Shown one piece after another: positions 40,775 through 48,656 of a DNA stretch of 56,057 bases. Within the stretch, counting starts at the first letter, position 1; each line of letters starts with the position of its first letter. Made by a program: the position numbers and the translations under genes. Source of the DNA: Candidatus Faecaligallichristensenella faecipullorum (GTDB lineage: Bacteria; Bacillota; Clostridia; Christensenellales; Aristaeellaceae); the NCBI GenBank assembly GCA_018716505.1, contig DVJW01000036.1:1-56057 (forward strand). Reading direction: 5' to 3'. The notes beneath the pieces were generated by a model. That model made no database searches. It was not told where the DNA came from and saw only the letters and a list, made by a program, of their open reading frames with translations.

Positions 40775-40797
40775 TCTGAATGGAAGGAAAACGCGGC

Positions 40798-41268
40798 ATG
40801 AAGCAGACCAGCGGGGGCTTTTTGATTTCCCAGATCAAACAGGTGCAGGGGCGCATTTTTGAGCGGATGCTTCAAGAGGCGGGCATCGATCAGTTCAACG
40901 GCGCGCAGGGGCGGATTTTGTATGTGCTTTGGCGGCAGGATAACCTGCCCATATCCGAGCTCTCCGCGCGCACCGGGCTGGCCAAGACCACGCTCACCAG
41001 CATGTTGGACCGCATGGAGGCCGCCGGGCACATCCGGCGCGTGGCCGACAAAAAGGACCGGCGCATGGTGCGCATTGCGCTCACGGAATCGGCCCGGGCC
41101 ATGAGCGGGCGGTATGATCAGGTTTCCGGCCGCATGACCGAGGCGTTCTATCAAGGGTTTACGGATTCGGAAATAGAGGCCTTCGAAGGGTATCTGCGCC
41201 GGGTTTTAGAAAACCTTACGAAAGGCGGCGCGAGCAATGGAGGACAGAACCCGGAAAATGATGGATGA
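40798..41268 (+). CDS. MarR-family transcriptional regulator
   Basis: ...FNGAQGRILYVLWRQDNLPISELSARTGLAKTTLTSMLDRMEAAGHIRRVADKKDRRMVRIALT... (winged HTH). Confidence 0.85.
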   Translation: MKQTSGGFLISQIKQVQGRIFERMLQEAGIDQFNGAQGRILYVLWRQDNLPISELSARTGLAKTTLTSMLDRMEAAGHIRRVADKKDRRMVRIALTESARAMSGRYDQVSGRMTEAFYQGFTDSEIEAFEGYLRRVLENLTKGGASNGGQNPENDG

Positions 41269-41668
41269 GCTCATTGAGCGGTCGGGCAACGCGTATGTAT
41301 GTTCGGTGGATGAGGCGGGCTATCCCTTGGTCAAGTGCATGTTTGCCCGAGGAAAGTCGGGAAACCGGTTCTACTTTTCCAGCAATCTCTCTTCCCGGCG
41401 CACAGGACAGTTTCTGCGCAATCCCAAATCCAGCGTCTATTTTTGCGACGAGGCGAATTTTCAGGCGGTTTTGCTGAGCGGCGAGATGGAAGTTTTAACT
41501 GATTTGGATCACAGGCGTATGATCTGGAGAGAGGGAGATGAGCAATACTATCCCGCCGGGGTGGAGGACGCGGATTACTGCGTGCTGCGTCTCACCGCGC
41601 GCCGGGGCCGGTGCTATCTGTTTCATGCCCAGGAAAATCAGGTGATTATGGAGGATTTTGAGCTATGA
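41237..41668 (+). CDS. Pyridoxamine 5'-phosphate oxidase-family (FMN-binding split-barrel) protein
   Basis: General-stress-protein-26-like pattern: ...AYVCSVDEAGYPLVKCMF...RFYFSSNLSSRRTGQFLRNPKSSVYF.... Start uncertain (41237 or 41258). Confidence 0.7.
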   Translation: MEDRTRKMMDELIERSGNAYVCSVDEAGYPLVKCMFARGKSGNRFYFSSNLSSRRTGQFLRNPKSSVYFCDEANFQAVLLSGEMEVLTDLDHRRMIWREGDEQYYPAGVEDADYCVLRLTARRGRCYLFHAQENQVIMEDFEL

Positions 41669-42207
41669 AAAAGATCGCCAAGGACGACGCCTGTTTTTTC
41701 ACCCAACAACCCTTTCTGATCGGCACTTATGACCCGGAGGGCGCGCCCCGGTTCGCCACCATATCCTGGATCAGCTACACCTTCGGCCCGCCGGCCTGTC
41801 TGGTGGTGAGCATGTACGGAAAAAAGCACACCCGCGACAACATCGAGCGCACCGGCCAATTTACCGCCGGTTTGGTGACGCCTGAGCTGTTGCCCTTATG
41901 CGAGCACTTCAACCGGGCCACCCACCGCCCGGACCTGACGCCGGATTGGGCAGCGCGCCCGGCCCAGATCGTCGAAGCCCCGCTGCTGGCGGGGGCCAAG
42001 TTCAGCTATGAATTGAAGGTCATTCAAAAGGTGGAAATCGGGGATTGCGTGACCTATTTCGGGGAGATTCAGCGGGTGGACGTCTCGGAAGAGATTCAGA
42101 ATTTGGAGTTTTTTGACCTGCGTAAAATCAATCCGGTCATTTATTCGCCCTACCATTATTTTACCGTGGGCGAACACCTGGGCGAGATTGGAGATTATTC
42201 AAAATAG
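41665..42207 (+). CDS. Flavin reductase-like FMN-binding protein
   Basis: ...PFLIGTYDPEGAPRFATISW...HTRDNIERTGQFT... The start overlaps the upstream stop (ATGA). Confidence 0.75.
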   Translation: MKKIAKDDACFFTQQPFLIGTYDPEGAPRFATISWISYTFGPPACLVVSMYGKKHTRDNIERTGQFTAGLVTPELLPLCEHFNRATHRPDLTPDWAARPAQIVEAPLLAGAKFSYELKVIQKVEIGDCVTYFGEIQRVDVSEEIQNLEFFDLRKINPVIYSPYHYFTVGEHLGEIGDYSK

Positions 42208-42216
42208 AGATAAAGC

Positions 42217-42245
42217 GGCCCGGAACGCGGAAGGCGTTCCGGGCC
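42217..42245. terminator. Bidirectional hairpin between convergent operons
   Basis: Perfect 12-bp stem GGCCCGGAACGC / GCGTTCCGGGCC with a 5-nt loop. Weak U-tracts. Confidence 0.55.
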
Positions 42246-42258
42246 GATTGCCCCTGAA

Positions 42259-42951
42259 TCAATAGAAATAAGAGAACACAGTGGCCGCCAGCACGGTCAT
42301 GAGCCCGGCCACCGCAATGGACAGGCTGCTCATGGCCCCTTCGATGCGGCCCATTTCCATGGCCTTGGTGGTGCCGATGGCATGGGAGGCGGTGCCGATG
42401 GCCAGGCCCCGGGCGATTTTATCCTCAATATGGAACAGCTTCAGCACCCGCTCGGCGATGATATTGCCCAGAATTCCGGTCAAAATGATGGCGGCCACGG
42501 CGATGGTGGTGATGCCGCCCAGTTCATCGGAAACGCCCATGCCGATGGCCGTGGTAATGGATTTGGGCAGCAAGGTCACATATTGCTCATGGCTCAGGCC
42601 AAACAGCACGCTTAACAGCCATATGCTGCCCAGACAGGAAAGCACCCCACAGGCCACCCCGGCCAGCACCGCGACGGCGTGCTTTTTTAGCAGGCTGATC
42701 TGTTCATACAGCGGGATGGCCAGGCAGACCGTGGCCGGAGTCAAGAGATACGTCAGGTATTGAGCCCCCTGATTAAAGGTTTCATAATCGATGTCCAACA
42801 CGAGGAGCAGCGCCATAATCAGCACCACCGCGATCAAAAGCGGGTTGAAGATGGAGAGCTTGAACCGCTTCCTGCACCAGACCCCGATGAGGTAGCAGCC
42901 CACGCTGAGCACCATGCCAAAGTAGGTTGCGTTAAGAAGAAATTCGTTCAT
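42259..42951 (-). CDS. lrgB: LrgB/CidB-family membrane protein
   Basis: ...YLLTPATVCLAIPLY...SITTAIGMGVS...GTASHAIGT... signature. Confidence 0.9.
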   Translation of the reverse strand: MNEFLLNATYFGMVLSVGCYLIGVWCRKRFKLSIFNPLLIAVVLIMALLLVLDIDYETFNQGAQYLTYLLTPATVCLAIPLYEQISLLKKHAVAVLAGVACGVLSCLGSIWLLSVLFGLSHEQYVTLLPKSITTAIGMGVSDELGGITTIAVAAIILTGILGNIIAERVLKLFHIEDKIARGLAIGTASHAIGTTKAMEMGRIEGAMSSLSIAVAGLMTVLAATVFSYFY

Positions 42952-43333
42952 TGACCTTTTCTCCTTCGATTTTTTCCGGAGCGCGGCTTTGACGGCGGCG
43001 CACCAAAGCCTGGGCCGTGAGACCGGTGGCGCCCATGGTGAGGAGGGTGGTCAGGATCAATATGACCACCAGTGGAAGCAGCATGGCCTGGAGCGCTGGA
43101 AGGCTTTCCATCAGCCCCACCGAGGGCCCGATGAACATCAGCGGCATGATCTCAATCAAAAAGTCCGCCGCGGTCTTGACCTGATGGAGTTTAACCACCC
43201 CGGTCATCAGCAAAATCAGCATCAATACCAGGCCGTATATGCTGGCCGGTACGGGAAACGGAAGCAGGAGGCTTAGAAGCTCCCCGGCAAAGGAAACGCC
43301 CGCGATAATCAGAAATTGCCCAATGAGTCGCAT
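42932..43333 (-). CDS. lrgA: LrgA/CidA holin-like protein
   Basis: MRLIGQFLIIAGVSFAGELLS..LPFPVPASIYGLVLMLILL... The 3' end overlaps the lrgB start. Confidence 0.85.
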   Translation of the reverse strand: MRLIGQFLIIAGVSFAGELLSLLLPFPVPASIYGLVLMLILLMTGVVKLHQVKTAADFLIEIMPLMFIGPSVGLMESLPALQAMLLPLVVILILTTLLTMGATGLTAQALVRRRQSRAPEKIEGEKVNERISS

Positions 43334-43472
43334 AGTTCTTTCCCCAATCCCATGAATCGTTTTCCGTGCGCGATGGAAACGTATCAATTATAGCATTGAA
43401 GGCCCGGCTTTTCCCGCGCGTTACGTTGCGATTTGGCGCAGAATATGTTGTGTTTTGAAAATATTCGCAAAG

Positions 43473-43506
43473 GTGTCTTGACACATGTCGCGATATGATG
43501 CATACT
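43473..43506 (+). promoter_or_regulatory. nadA promoter with a candidate NiaR operator
   Basis: Inverted repeat GTGTC-TT-GACAC (43473-43484) overlaps the TTGACA -35 (43478-83). After 17 nt comes CATACT (43501-06). The operon ends with niaR. Confidence 0.45.
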
Positions 43507-43540
43507 GAGCAAGGATTTGTTACAAGAGGGAGACGGAGCA

Positions 43541-44446
43541 ATGGAGATTATCGAGGAAATTCGCGCACTGAAGCAGCGGCGCAATGCGCTGATTCTGGCG
43601 CATTACTATGTGGACGGCCAAATTCAGGCGGTGGCGGATTATGTGGGCGATTCCTATTTTTTAAGCAAAAAGGCGGCCGAGACCGATTGCGATCTCATTG
43701 TGTTCTGTGGGGTGCGGTTCATGGCCGAGAGCGCCAAGCTGCTCAATCCGGGAAAGACCGTGTTGCTGCCCGACGCAAGCGCGGATTGCCCCATGGCGCA
43801 TATGGCCGGAGTGCGGGAAATTGAGGAGATGAGGGAAATCCATCCCGACCTGGCGGTGGTTTGCTACATCAATTCCACGGCCGAGATCAAGGCCCATTCG
43901 GATGTGTGCGTGACCAGTTCCAACGCGGTCAAGGTGGTTTCCGCCCTGCCCAATTCCACGATATACTTTATCCCCGACGGCAATTTGGCGCGGCATGTGG
44001 CGGAAAAGGTCCCGGAAAAGCGGTTTCTCTATGGCCACGGCCATTGCCCGGTGCATCAGGCGGTCACGGCAGGGGATGTGCGCGCGGCAAAGGTGAGACA
44101 TCCCCAGGCCCAGGTGCTGGTACATCCGGAATGCCCCAAGGAAGTGGTGGATTTATCCGACTACGCGGGCAGTACCGCGGGCATCATTGAATACGCCGGA
44201 AAGAGCCAGGCGGAGGAATTCATCATTGGCACCGAGATCGGGGTCATGTATGAATTGGAGCGAAGAAATCCGGGCAAGCGCTTTTATCCGGTGAAGGATG
44301 GCATGATCTGTCCGGATATGAAGCTCAACAGCCTTCAAAATCTGCTGGCAGCCTTGAAAGATGGAAAAAACGCGGTAAACCTTTCCAAAGAACAGATGGA
44401 AAACGCGCTGCCGCCGCTCAAGCGGATGCATGAGATCGCCCAGTAG
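43541..44446 (+). CDS. nadA: Quinolinate synthase
   Basis: ...ILAHYY...VADYVGDS...FCGV.FMAE..K...CPM.... Confidence 0.95.
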   Translation: MEIIEEIRALKQRRNALILAHYYVDGQIQAVADYVGDSYFLSKKAAETDCDLIVFCGVRFMAESAKLLNPGKTVLLPDASADCPMAHMAGVREIEEMREIHPDLAVVCYINSTAEIKAHSDVCVTSSNAVKVVSALPNSTIYFIPDGNLARHVAEKVPEKRFLYGHGHCPVHQAVTAGDVRAAKVRHPQAQVLVHPECPKEVVDLSDYAGSTAGIIEYAGKSQAEEFIIGTEIGVMYELERRNPGKRFYPVKDGMICPDMKLNSLQNLLAALKDGKNAVNLSKEQMENALPPLKRMHEIAQ

Positions 44447-44460
44447 GGGAGGAAGAAACG

Positions 44461-45780
44461 ATGTTGGATACAGCGGATGTGGTGGTGGTGGGCACCGGGG
44501 TGGCCGGGCTGTTCTGTGCGCTGAATTTGCCCCGGACGGCCAAAGTGGTCATGCTCACCAAGGATCAATGCGAAAACTGTGATTCCTTTTTGGCCCAGGG
44601 TGGGATTTGTACCCTTAGAAGTCCCGAGGATTACAACAGCTTTTTCGAGGACACCATGCGCGCCGGCCATTATGAGAATAACGCGGCTTCGGTGGAACTC
44701 ATGCTGCGCGGGGCGCCGGAGGTGATTTCGGATATCGTGGGCTATGGGGTGGAGTTTGACAAAGAGGACAACGGCGAATATCAGTATACCCGGGAAGGCG
44801 CGCACTCGGCCTATCGGATTTTGCACCACGACGACCTCACCGGCCGGGAGATCACCGAAAAATTGCTCAAAGAGGCGCGCGGCCGGGAGAATATTGAAAT
44901 ATTGGAGTACGCCGCCATGGTGGACTTGATGGTCAAGGATGGCCGGGCGGTGGGCGTGGTGATGCGCTATCGGGGAGAACTGATGCCCCTTTACGCCCGG
45001 GCCGTGGTGCTGGCCACCGGCGGCATCGGGGGATTGTTTAAGAACTCCACCAATTTCCGGCACATCACCGCGGACGCCCTGGCCATTGCGCTGATCCGTG
45101 GCATCAAAACCCAGGATGTGAGCTATATTCAGATTCATCCCACCGCGCTGTATTCGAATAAGCCCGGGCGCAGGTTCTTGATTTCCGAATCCGTGCGCGG
45201 CGAGGGCGCGGTGCTGCTCAACAAGGCGGGCGAACGCTTCACCGATGAGCTCAAGCCCAGGGATGTGGTGAGCGCGGCCATTCACCGCCAGATGGAAAAG
45301 GACGGTATGGATCATGTGTACCTTTCGGTTACCCATTTAAACAAAGAAATGGTGCCCCGCCGGTTTCCCAATATCTATAAAAAATGTCTGGAAGAGGGCT
45401 ATGATTTGACCAGGGAGCCCATTCCGGTCACCCCGGCCCAGCATTATTACATGGGCGGCATTCTGTCCGGCGGAGAGGGTCAGACCTCGCTGACCGGATT
45501 GTACGCGGTGGGCGAGGCCGGCTGCAACGGGGTGCATGGGCGCAACCGTTTGGCCAGTAATTCGCTTTTGGAAAGTTTGGTCTTTTCCAAGCGGGCGGCG
45601 CTTCAGATCGGGGCGCGGCTGAACGGATGGAAGGCGGTGCTCATGAAGCCCGACCTTAAGCGGTATGAGGATCAGGCGGCGCTGAAAAGCCGGTATAAAC
45701 AGGTGATTTTTGACGAGATTCGAAGGAAGGATGAGGCGTTTTATGATCAGTGGTGTAACGATGAAGATATTGATGGATGA
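44461..45780 (+). CDS. nadB: L-aspartate oxidase
   Basis: DVVVVGTGVAGL FAD motif, ...AQGGI..., ...HPTAL..., ...GLYAVGEAGCNGVHGRNRLASNSLLE. Confidence 0.95.
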   Translation: MLDTADVVVVGTGVAGLFCALNLPRTAKVVMLTKDQCENCDSFLAQGGICTLRSPEDYNSFFEDTMRAGHYENNAASVELMLRGAPEVISDIVGYGVEFDKEDNGEYQYTREGAHSAYRILHHDDLTGREITEKLLKEARGRENIEILEYAAMVDLMVKDGRAVGVVMRYRGELMPLYARAVVLATGGIGGLFKNSTNFRHITADALAIALIRGIKTQDVSYIQIHPTALYSNKPGRRFLISESVRGEGAVLLNKAGERFTDELKPRDVVSAAIHRQMEKDGMDHVYLSVTHLNKEMVPRRFPNIYKKCLEEGYDLTREPIPVTPAQHYYMGGILSGGEGQTSLTGLYAVGEAGCNGVHGRNRLASNSLLESLVFSKRAALQIGARLNGWKAVLMKPDLKRYEDQAALKSRYKQVIFDEIRRKDEAFYDQWCNDEDIDG

Positions 45781-46600
45781 TTACATTCGCAGGGCGCTGG
45801 CCGAGGATATTACCAGCGAGGACGTGAGCACCAACGCGGTCATGCCCGAGGCCAGACAGGGCAGCGTGGAACTGATCTGCAAACAGGACGGCGTGCTGGC
45901 CGGGTTGCAGGTATTTGCCCGGGTGTTTGAGCTGTTGGACGAAAGCGCCCGGTTTGAGAGCGAATATCGCGATGGAGACGAGGTAAAGGCGGGCCAGCGC
46001 ATCGGCATGGTGTACGCGGATGTGCGCGCGCTGCTCTCCGGCGAGCGCACCGCCCTCAATTACCTTCAGCGCATGTGCGGCATTGCCACCATGACCCGGC
46101 AGCTGGCCCGCGTGCTGGAGGGCAGTAAAACCCGGCTGTTGGATACCCGAAAGACTACGCCCAACATGCGCCCCTTTGAAAAATACGCGGTGCAGGTGGG
46201 GGGCGCGGGCAATCACCGCTACAATCTCTCCGACGGGGTGCTGCTCAAGGACAACCACATCGACGCCGCGGGCGGAGTGCGCCGGGCTGTGGAAATGGCC
46301 AAGGCCTATGCGCCATTTGTGCGCAAGATTGAAGTTGAGGTGGAAAACCTGGATATGGTACGCGAGGCGGTGGAGGCCGGAGCGGATATCATCATGTTGG
46401 ACAATATGGACAGCGAAGCCATGAAACAGGCCGTGGAGCTCATTGACGGAAGGGCTGAAACCGAATGCTCGGGCAATGTGACCTTGGAGCGGTTGGAAGA
46501 GATCAAGAAGATCGGGGTTGACTATGTTTCCAGCGGAGCGCTCACCCATTCCGCCCCCATTATGGATATCTCCATGAAGCATTTGAGGTGTCTCAATTGA
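45743..46600 (+). CDS. nadC: Nicotinate-nucleotide pyrophosphorylase (carboxylating)
   Basis: ...ALAEDI...D.T..., ...LSGERTALNYLQRMCGIAT..., ...DTRKTTPN.R..EKYAV..GG..NHR..L.D..L.KDNH. Start 45743 (better SD) or 45761. Confidence 0.9.
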   Translation: MISGVTMKILMDDYIRRALAEDITSEDVSTNAVMPEARQGSVELICKQDGVLAGLQVFARVFELLDESARFESEYRDGDEVKAGQRIGMVYADVRALLSGERTALNYLQRMCGIATMTRQLARVLEGSKTRLLDTRKTTPNMRPFEKYAVQVGGAGNHRYNLSDGVLLKDNHIDAAGGVRRAVEMAKAYAPFVRKIEVEVENLDMVREAVEAGADIIMLDNMDSEAMKQAVELIDGRAETECSGNVTLERLEEIKKIGVDYVSSGALTHSAPIMDISMKHLRCLN

Positions 46601-47130
46601 GCAAGACGCAAATGGCCGGCGAGCGGCGGGCGGCCATACTGGAAATGTTGAGCGCAAGCCATCAGCCGCTGAGCGCCGGACACATCGCCCGGGAGATGGG
46701 GGTCAGCCGCCAGGTGGTGGTGGGGGATATCGCGCTGTTGCGGGCTTCGGGGGAACAGGTTGTTTCCACCGCACGGGGGTATCTGTTGACGCGTCCGGCG
46801 CCACAAAAAACCTGGATCATCGAATGCAGCCACAGCAAGGAAGGGCTGCTGGAGGAGCTGTACGCGGTGGTGGACAACGGCGGCGCGCTGTTGGACGTAA
46901 AGGTGGAACATCCCATATACGGCCTGATTTCCGGCACGCTCAACATTCGCTCGCGCCATGACGCGGATCGTTTTGCCAATCAGCTTAAGGAGCAAAAGGC
47001 TGCGCCATTGAGCCTGCTCACGGACGGGGCGCATTTTCATACCGTGAGCTGTCCGGACGAAGAGACGTTTGAGCGCGTTTTGCGAAGCCTGGGCGAGAAG
47101 GGAATTTTAATTCAGCGGACAAAGCCGTGA
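46597..47130 (+). CDS. niaR: NiaR (YrxA) transcriptional repressor of NAD biosynthesis: HTH plus 3H domain
   Basis: GERRAAILEML..S.QPLSAGHIAREMGVSRQVVVGDIALLR plus the His-containing 3H domain (ECSHSKE...VEHPIYG...GAHFHTV). Start ambiguous (GTG 46588, TTG 46597 or ATG 46612). Confidence 0.85.
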   Translation: MSKTQMAGERRAAILEMLSASHQPLSAGHIAREMGVSRQVVVGDIALLRASGEQVVSTARGYLLTRPAPQKTWIIECSHSKEGLLEELYAVVDNGGALLDVKVEHPIYGLISGTLNIRSRHDADRFANQLKEQKAAPLSLLTDGAHFHTVSCPDEETFERVLRSLGEKGILIQRTKP

Positions 47131-47162
47131 GAAGATAAAGCGTAAGAAAAGGGGCGAGACTC

Positions 47163-47399
47163 ATGCGGTGCGGATGTCCGGAATGCGGCACTTATATGAT
47201 TCAATCTGAAGGCATGAGGCTGGGCTGTGTTTGTCCCAACTGCGGCACGCGCTGCACCGACTGCCTGGGCACCAATACCGTCATCAGCCGGGAGGCGCTC
47301 AAGGAATTAAAGGGCAGGGAATGGTTCCAATGGGAGAAAACGGAACGCCAAAGGGCCGAGGATGAGGAACACTTCTGGAAGCGGGAACCGGAAGATTAA
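47163..47399 (+). CDS. Small zinc-ribbon protein (78 aa)
   Basis: MRCGCPECGTYM...GCVCPNCGTRCTDCLG has paired CxxC motifs. AAGGGG SD, and its own terminator at 47406-47434. Confidence 0.55.
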   Translation: MRCGCPECGTYMIQSEGMRLGCVCPNCGTRCTDCLGTNTVISREALKELKGREWFQWEKTERQRAEDEEHFWKREPED

Positions 47400-47405
47400 A
47401 CGGCG

Positions 47406-47434
47406 GCGCGGACGGTGTGGTCCGCGCTGTTTTT
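47406..47434 (+). terminator. Rho-independent terminator
   Basis: GCGCGGAC-ggtgtg-GTCCGCGC followed by TGTTTTT. Confidence 0.8.
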
Positions 47435-47452
47435 GTTGGGAGGGATAAGCAG

Positions 47453-47480
47453 TTGAAATTGGGGGAGCACATGTTATAAT
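47453..47480 (+). promoter_or_regulatory. Near-consensus sigma-A promoter in the CRISPR leader
   Basis: TTGAAA (47453-58), 16 nt, TGT-TATAAT (47472-80). It points toward the repeat at 47644, and no ORF follows it. Confidence 0.55.
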
Positions 47481-47643
47481 AAAACATCCAAGAAAGATTT
47501 TCATGGCATTGTTTTTGGTGTAGTTCGTCATTCATCCGGGACAGGGCGGTTCAATGGTGTTTAAGGTCCAAATGGGGATAGAAGTGTCTTTTCGAGCTGT
47601 CTGAGATCCAGGCGATGGCAAAAGGTTAATTTTTGTGATTTAA

Positions 47644-47736
47644 GTATTTCCCCACGCACGTGGGGGTGAACCGTCGGCTTCGTCCACCTGCTTCAAAAAA
47701 ATGGATAGCGTTCCCAACGGCGTGGAGGTTGAAAAG
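47644..47736 (+). CRISPR. Orphan type I-E-like CRISPR mini-array: one intact repeat, one 32-nt spacer, one degenerate terminal repeat
   Basis: Repeat GTATTTCCCCACGCACGTGGGGGTGAACCG (47644-73) has I-E architecture: CCCCAC-GCAC-GTGGGG stem-loop plus an 8-nt GTGAACCG handle (compare E. coli GAGTTCCCCGCGCCAGCGGGGATAAACCG). Spacer TCGGCTTCGTCCACCTGCTTCAAAAAAATGGA (47674-705). Second copy ..GTTCCCAACGGCGTGGAGGTTGAAAAG (about 47706-36) matches about 20/27 with gaps. An AT-rich leader lies upstream. Confidence 0.65.
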
Positions 47737-47790
47737 ATGCACGGCACAAAAGGAGAAGACCGTTGCACCGTGCATCTTTACTGCTTTTTA
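47736..47790. terminator. Bidirectional terminator (end of CRISPR transcript / end of minus-strand Cys-rich gene)
   Basis: GATGCACGG...CCGTGCATC stem (47736-76) followed by TTTACTGCTTTTTATTTTT. On the minus strand it is followed by TTTTC. Confidence 0.65.
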
Positions 47791-47793
47791 TTT

Positions 47794-48522
47794 TTAGCTG
47801 TTTACCAGATAGCCCATCTTAATCATGCCGTTGCTGCTGCAAACAGAGCAGGTAGCTTCACCGCTTCCCAGACAATCCGTGCACATCATGAGGATACCGC
47901 CAACCACTTCCTGCCCGCTGCCATCACAGGTGGAGCAAGGTCCGCTGCCTCCGCTGCCGTCGCAAAAAGGGCATTCCCGTGTATAATCTTTGGTCATAAT
48001 TCCATAGCCACGGCAAGTTTTACAGGCATATTTCCCCGAACCGCCACAGGCCATACAGGTTTTTCCATAGGCCGACCCCGAACCACTGCAGTTCAGGCAA
48101 GCGTCGGTGTAGCCCAGCCCCTCGCAAGCCGAGCATCGGTGATTCGACTGATAGTCTTTCAGGATCTCCACCAGCCATTGGGAAGGATTGTCCAGCGCAC
48201 CACCATTATAAAGCCCCTGTTCGATTTCAAAGCTGAAGTAACTGGTAAAGCGAACCAAAAGTTCAAAGCTTTCTTGCTCGGTTCCGCCGTAGCAGAGTCC
48301 CAGAATTTCATTTTCGTTCTCGGCGGACGGGCCTGCTTGCCAGCTCACATTGGGAAAAGCGGCGTTCAGGGCGTCGCCGATGGGCACACCGTTCACACGT
48401 TTGCTTTGAAAGGTCCAGATGTAGTCGTCCATCGTCCATTGATAATCCGCTCCGGCCAGCGCAACGGACGGTAGAAGACAAAGAACAGTCAATAGCAATG
48501 GCAGCCAACTTTTCCGGTGCAT
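47794..48522 (-). CDS. Exported protein with eight DnaJ-type CxxCxGxG zinc-finger motifs and no J-domain
   Basis: Signal peptide MHRKSWLPLLLTVLCLLPSVALA-GA. C-terminal motifs CSACEGLG, CLNCSGSG, CMACGGSG, CKTCRGYG, CPFCDGSG, CSTCDGSG, CTDCLGSG, CSVCSSNG. GAGGAGG SD. Confidence 0.8.
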   Translation of the reverse strand: MHRKSWLPLLLTVLCLLPSVALAGADYQWTMDDYIWTFQSKRVNGVPIGDALNAAFPNVSWQAGPSAENENEILGLCYGGTEQESFELLVRFTSYFSFEIEQGLYNGGALDNPSQWLVEILKDYQSNHRCSACEGLGYTDACLNCSGSGSAYGKTCMACGGSGKYACKTCRGYGIMTKDYTRECPFCDGSGGSGPCSTCDGSGQEVVGGILMMCTDCLGSGEATCSVCSSNGMIKMGYLVNS

Positions 48523-48572
48523 GGGGAAACCTCCTCTGCATTTAAAATAACAGAAAATAATTCTTTTGCTTA

Positions 48573-48602
48573 ATTATACTGCACGGGAATGGATACTGTC
48601 AA
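48573..48602 (-). promoter_or_regulatory. Promoter of the Cys-rich exported-protein gene
   Basis: Minus strand: TTGACA (48602-48597), 18 nt, TATAAT (48578-48573). Confidence 0.6.
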
Positions 48603-48610
48603 TGGAGCAT

Positions 48611-48645
48611 AAAAAATTGTGCCATACCCATCGGATATGGCACAA
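48611..48645 (-). terminator. Terminator of the NifU-like/GGGtGRT operon
   Basis: Minus strand: TTGTGCCATA-loop-TATGGCACAA followed by TTTTTT. Confidence 0.8.
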
Positions 48646-48656
48646 CGAATAGGAAT

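Noticed and set aside
47701-48474. 257-aa plus-strand ORF that starts inside the degenerate CRISPR repeat.
   Set aside because: It is antisense to the signal-peptide/CxxCxGxG gene, which has a strong SD, promoter and terminator. The plus-frame translation is featureless and A/G/T-rich.
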